From NCBI GenBank assembly GCA_038208905.1, contig JBBQYG010000027.1:1-32753 (forward strand): a stretch of 32,753 nt of DNA. Direction: 5' to 3'. The first letter of the stretch is position 1, and every line of letters begins with the position of its first letter. A program made the translations under genes and the position numbers. Under the pieces are notes generated by a model. The model was not told where the DNA came from and ran no database searches. It saw nothing but the letters and a program-made list of their open reading frames with translations. The stretch comes from Candidatus Sumerlaeia bacterium (GTDB lineage: Bacteria > Sumerlaeota > Sumerlaeia > SLMS01). Positions 28,780 to 32,753 of this stretch are shown in pieces.

Positions 28780-30573
28780 TCAGAGCGGCTGGATCCTGAC
28801 AACCAGCGGGATCCCGGGGCGGAGCATCGTCGTCGCGCGGATCACGGGGCGCTCGCGGGCGACGCCGAACTGCTCGTATTGCCAGCCATTGATCACGTCA
28901 ACCTCCAGCGATGGCAACCCGCATTCCACCTGAAGGCGCGCCAGATGCGGATGGTCGGATGCGCCGATCATGAAGGAGGCGGGCCCCTCGCGGGATACGA
29001 TCATACCGCGATGGAGCGGAAGAAAGCATTCCACGCGGCGCGGCCTTGCTGGTTCCTTTCCGCGAATGGGTACCAGCGTATCGGTGATTGTATAGACACG
29101 CGAGGAGGCGTCGATTTCGATGACTCGCTCGTGAAGGACTCCCGCCGGAGCGTGCCCGTCGTGCAGGCCGCGGATGCGAAAAGACTCGGGGCCGAGGGGC
29201 GACGCATCGAGCTCCAAGGGATGCCCGCGACGCCCCATGCGAAAGCTCTTCCACGGCGACGCGCATTCGACGGAATCCACGCGCAGGACCGCGTGCTCGC
29301 GCGCGGCGCGCAGCCGACGCCGCGACGGCCCCGCCACATAGATTCCCCCGCCGCCGTCGGAGATGAATCGCCGCCCCGAGAGGGTCAGCTCATAGCCCAT
29401 CAGATCCGCGTGCATGTGAGCCCCAAGATGGTCGGGCCCAAGCGCCGCGCCGTCGAAAATGAGGAAGTCGCCATGCTCCAGATCGCGAAAGACCACATGA
29501 CCATCCCGCGTGCCGAAGCGCAGCGTGCCTCCCCGCGAGTCGGGCTTCGGCGCGATCCGAACGTCCTCGCGCTCGAGGATCCGCGCGCCGGGATCGCGTG
29601 GGGCCAGAACCGAATCCCCCAACAGCGGCAAGCCCCCGTCGGGATGCAGCACAAAGACAAGCAGGGCGGCCATGCGGCCCACCGTGTCCTCCAGCTGACG
29701 CGTCAGATCGCTCCCGTCCCCCCGCCGCAGGATGAGCAGATCGCAGAGCCGCTCCAGCAACTCCGCATGATACATCGGCGAGAACTCGTGATGGAATCCG
29801 CCCGGCGAAATCTGTTCTTCGAGTTGCTTCGCGAGCAGGCGCTCGTGCCGCGTGCGCCGCTTGGCACCTGTTCCGACAAACGCATCCGCGATGTTGAGCG
29901 CGATCAAGTTCTCCAGCAGGTGATTCCCTCGATGTTCCCACTCGATATGCGTGGAGAGAAAACGCGCCTGCTTTGCAATCGACCCCAGCAGCTCGCGCCG
30001 CGAGTCCCTGTCCAGTACGCCACTCCGCTCCAGCGTGGCATAGGCCGCGATCCAGTTGGGGAGGCGCCGGGAAATCGTGTAGGAATGCCACGGCCCCAGG
30101 AATCCTGCCGGCCCGCCAAGGCGGTTGCGGTCGATCCAGCTCCGCATAGCCATCAGGGCAAGATCCTCGCGGCGAGCCCCCAGCAGGTCGAATATCCAAT
30201 CGAAGTAGTGGAGATGGAAGAACCACAGGTGCGAATCGGCGCACTTTCCATCGACGGATATGTAATCCCAGCGCGGCGGGAATCCGAGCGGGATGCCCTG
30301 ACTCAGGAACGTCAGCGATTCGGGCCGGGCGGCGTCCCATGCGCCCGGTGGACGCGTCAGCCGGGCGGCGGCGAGCGGGCCATAGCGTTCGATCAGCGCG
30401 GCGCTGGGCTGCCGAATTCGCGGAGGGCGGGAGCTGGGGCGCCGGGCGCGCACGACGCCTCGACGGATGCGCTCTGCCACTCGCCACAGCAGTTGATCGG
30501 GACGAGTGTATAGAATGCTGTACAGATAGTTCGCCGACGTCCGGCCGATCAGGCGCGCCAGGCTGGCAATCAT
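28780..30573 (-). CDS. Heparinase II/III-family protein of a polysaccharide biosynthesis locus
   Basis: LWFFHLHYFD, PWHSYTISRRLPNW, GNHLLEN, HHEFSPMYH, HPDGGLPLLGDS and AHMHAD. ATG 30573 overlaps the wecB stop. Confidence 0.88.
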   Translation of the reverse strand: MIASLARLIGRTSANYLYSILYTRPDQLLWRVAERIRRGVVRARRPSSRPPRIRQPSAALIERYGPLAAARLTRPPGAWDAARPESLTFLSQGIPLGFPPRWDYISVDGKCADSHLWFFHLHYFDWIFDLLGARREDLALMAMRSWIDRNRLGGPAGFLGPWHSYTISRRLPNWIAAYATLERSGVLDRDSRRELLGSIAKQARFLSTHIEWEHRGNHLLENLIALNIADAFVGTGAKRRTRHERLLAKQLEEQISPGGFHHEFSPMYHAELLERLCDLLILRRGDGSDLTRQLEDTVGRMAALLVFVLHPDGGLPLLGDSVLAPRDPGARILEREDVRIAPKPDSRGGTLRFGTRDGHVVFRDLEHGDFLIFDGAALGPDHLGAHMHADLMGYELTLSGRRFISDGGGGIYVAGPSRRRLRAAREHAVLRVDSVECASPWKSFRMGRRGHPLELDASPLGPESFRIRGLHDGHAPAGVLHERVIEIDASSRVYTITDTLVPIRGKEPARPRRVECFLPLHRGMIVSREGPASFMIGASDHPHLARLQVECGLPSLEVDVINGWQYEQFGVARERPVIRATTMLRPGIPLVVRIQPL

Positions 30574-31757
30574 CGTGCGACTCCCGGCTCCGCAATTCCG
30601 ATGGGCGAATCCGCGTTCCGCGCAACAAGGGCTTCGACAATGCGGTGTGCCGCGGCTCCATCCCAGAGCGCGGGCCGAAACGGCTCGCGCCGCGCGGCGA
30701 GTGCCCGCGCCCACGCCGCGCGCAGTTCCGCGCCCCCGCCCGAAACCAGCTCGCTCGTGCCGCCATTCTCCCGCAGGGTTTCGGGGCGCTCCGTACTCGG
30801 GCGCAGCGTCAGGCACGGCGTCCCCAGCACGCACGCCTCCTCCTGAATGCCGCCGCTGTCCGTCAGTACCACGCGCGCGCGTAGTGTCAGCGCGAGGAGT
30901 TCCGTGTAGGTTAGCGGCTCCGTCAGTATGATGGACCGCGCCGAGGCGAGCTTCTCCCACAGGTTGAACTCAAGCAGCCGCGACCGCGTGCGCGGATGCA
31001 CCGGCATCACGATCGGCAACTCGCGAGAGAGTGATTCCAGCGCCGTCGCCAATTCGCCAAGGCGAGCCAGCGCGTCCACGTTGTGGGGCCGATGCAGCGT
31101 CGCCAGGGCGAAGTTTCGCGGCACCAGCGACGGCATCGTGGATGACGTGAGCAGTTTGGCCCCGCAGGCGGCCTCCGGTTCGATGCGCGCGGCGATGTCG
31201 CGGAAGCGCTCCAGCGAATCGATCATCACATTTCCCACGGCCACGATTCGGCGGCGTTCGGTCCCCTCTGCGAGGAGGTTGCCCGTCGCGGTCTCCCCCG
31301 TTGTCAGCAGCAGATCCGAAAGCCTGTCCGCCACGATTCGGTTGATCTCTTCCGGCATTGCCCAATCGTGGGAGCGCAGGCCCGCCTCTACGTGGGCGAC
31401 CTTTAGCTGGAGTTTCTTCGCCGCAAGCGCCGCCGCCACCGTCGCGTTCACGTCGCCGACCACGATGGTCCAGTCGGGTCGCTCCGAATCCAGCACTCGT
31501 TCCAGCGCAACCATCGACCGACCCACCTGTTCCGCGTGGGTTCCGCTGCCGACGCCAAGGCTCCACGCGGGCTCCGGCAATCCGAACTCGGCGAAGAACT
31601 GCTCGCTCATGGCGCTGTCGTAATGCTGCCCCGTGTGCGCCAGCGAGTGCTCGATCCGCCGCGTGGGGTGCGCCGCGTTCCACGCGACGATCGCGTGATG
31701 AAGCGGCGCCGCCTTGATCAGGTTGGGGCGCGTCCCGACGACGATGATGATCTTCAT
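30570..31757 (-). CDS. wecB: UDP-N-acetylglucosamine 2-epimerase (non-hydrolysing)
   Basis: VGTRPNLIK, HTGQHYD, HVEAGLRS, MPEEINR, GNVMID, TLHRP, TDSGGIQEE and TERPET. Confidence 0.93.
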   Translation of the reverse strand: MKIIIVVGTRPNLIKAAPLHHAIVAWNAAHPTRRIEHSLAHTGQHYDSAMSEQFFAEFGLPEPAWSLGVGSGTHAEQVGRSMVALERVLDSERPDWTIVVGDVNATVAAALAAKKLQLKVAHVEAGLRSHDWAMPEEINRIVADRLSDLLLTTGETATGNLLAEGTERRRIVAVGNVMIDSLERFRDIAARIEPEAACGAKLLTSSTMPSLVPRNFALATLHRPHNVDALARLGELATALESLSRELPIVMPVHPRTRSRLLEFNLWEKLASARSIILTEPLTYTELLALTLRARVVLTDSGGIQEEACVLGTPCLTLRPSTERPETLRENGGTSELVSGGGAELRAAWARALAARREPFRPALWDGAAAHRIVEALVARNADSPIGIAEPGVAR

Positions 31758-32752
31758 GCGTCGAGTGCCTTCCACCAGGTGGCCACGCGCTGCGCCTCAC
31801 CCGTGCGGAGCGACTCAATCGCCGCGAGAGTGACGAGGGATACTTCCAACAGCTCCTCCAGCGGTATGGGCGCCTCTCCGCCGCGGGCGACGGCGCCGAG
31901 AAACGCGCGGACTTCAGCGCGGTGGCCCTTGTCCTGGGCACTGTTGGCACGTTCCACCTTGCCGCCGCGATGCACCGTGAGGCGGCGGAAGTTCTCAAGT
32001 TCCACCGCCGCACCGCCGCCAATCGCGAGAAGGCGTTCCTTCGCCAGCGTCTTCGGTCCGCCAGACCAATACTGAATGGTGCCGATGCTTCCGTTGCGGA
32101 ATCCGAGCTGGATCGTGACGCGATCCTCGACCGGCTTGCCCGCGCCGTCGCGCGCGGAAATGGCGTACACCGAATCGCACGGCGCACCCGCAACCCATCG
32201 CAGCGTATCGGCGAAGTGGCAGGCTTCCCCGACCAGGCGCCCGCCGCCAGCCGCGATGTCGGCGGCCCAGTGTCCTTGCGGGAGCGTTCCCGCGTTCACC
32301 ACATAGTCGAATGCCACGCCGCTCGCGCTGCCGAGCTTCTCCCGCATCGTGCGAATCGTTGGTGCGAAGCGTCGGTTGTAGCCAACGTGAAGCAAGCCCT
32401 TGGCCCCCGTGGCCGCATCGCGGACGGCGCGAAGCTCTGACAAAGTGAGCGCGAGCGGCTTTTCGACAAAGACATTCTTTCCTGCCGCCAGCGCCTCGCA
32501 GGTCAGCGCCGCGTGGTCCGCGTGGCGCGTCGCAATCACAACGGTGCCTACGCCGGGATGTCGCAGCACCTCGCCGGGATCCGTTGTCGCCGCCGCGTTG
32601 GACTGCCTCCCCGCAAGCGCCGCCGACACGCCGCGTCGCGAGGCGAGGATGACGACGCGGGCGCCCTCTTTTTTCAGCAGCGGCAGCAGAACCCGCCGCG
32701 CAAAACTTCCCGTGCCGATGACTCCGACCCCATCGTCGGGCTGCGAACCCGA
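31754..32752 (-). CDS. Gfo/Idh/MocA oxidoreductase domain, probably the C-terminal half of a bi-domain oxidoreductase (runs off window end)
   Basis: Frame open to the window edge; GVIGTGSFA, VIATRHADHA, VFVEKPLA, VGYNRRFAP, GGRLVGEACHF and QDKGH. Confidence 0.88.
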   Translation of the reverse strand, partial: SGSQPDDGVGVIGTGSFARRVLLPLLKKEGARVVILASRRGVSAALAGRQSNAAATTDPGEVLRHPGVGTVVIATRHADHAALTCEALAAGKNVFVEKPLALTLSELRAVRDAATGAKGLLHVGYNRRFAPTIRTMREKLGSASGVAFDYVVNAGTLPQGHWAADIAAGGGRLVGEACHFADTLRWVAGAPCDSVYAISARDGAGKPVEDRVTIQLGFRNGSIGTIQYWSGGPKTLAKERLLAIGGGAAVELENFRRLTVHRGGKVERANSAQDKGHRAEVRAFLGAVARGGEAPIPLEELLEVSLVTLAAIESLRTGEAQRVATWWKALDA

Positions 32753-32753
32753 T

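Noticed and set aside
28399-30513. 704-aa plus-strand ORF
   Set aside because: Antisense to the heparinase-like gene; Arg/Pro-rich with no family motifs.
1-32753. CRISPR arrays, tRNA/rRNA genes, IS/integrase/phage or defence genes
   Set aside because: No periodic repeats, RNA-gene signatures or relevant protein motifs were seen by eye.

Overview
GC-rich bacterial chromosomal window with no mobile elements, rRNA/tRNA genes or CRISPR arrays that I can recognise. A Candidatus Sumerlaeota/BRC1-like origin is my inference from a secreted protein's C-terminal motif, not something proven here. Left to right: a DUF4870-like membrane protein (partial); a small membrane protein; a very long GreA-domain protein; a secreted Ig-like protein ending in 'SSIGDWMLMY'; an enlarged AmpG-type MFS transporter coupled to a GH10-like (DigH/YddW family) hydrolase; an NADP-dependent alcohol dehydrogenase; a histidine operon (hisG-hisC-hisB-hisH-hisF-hisA/IE-hisD); a CofE-like ligase; serine O-acetyltransferase; a secreted beta-helix protein; an (alpha/alpha)-toroid lyase-like protein; nusB, a lipoprotein and maf; and the end of a minus-strand surface-polysaccharide operon. 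The most notable items are (1) a HisA-HisI-HisE fusion whose IE half resembles fungal His4 and which is translationally coupled to hisD, (2) a catalytically degenerate WecA/MraY-like domain fused to a WbuB-like GT4 glycosyltransferase, (3) an AmpG with two large inserted domains, (4) a collapsed HAD-phosphatase remnant on HisC, (5) NusB and GreA carrying large extra domains, and (6) a possible short C-terminal protein-sorting signal.
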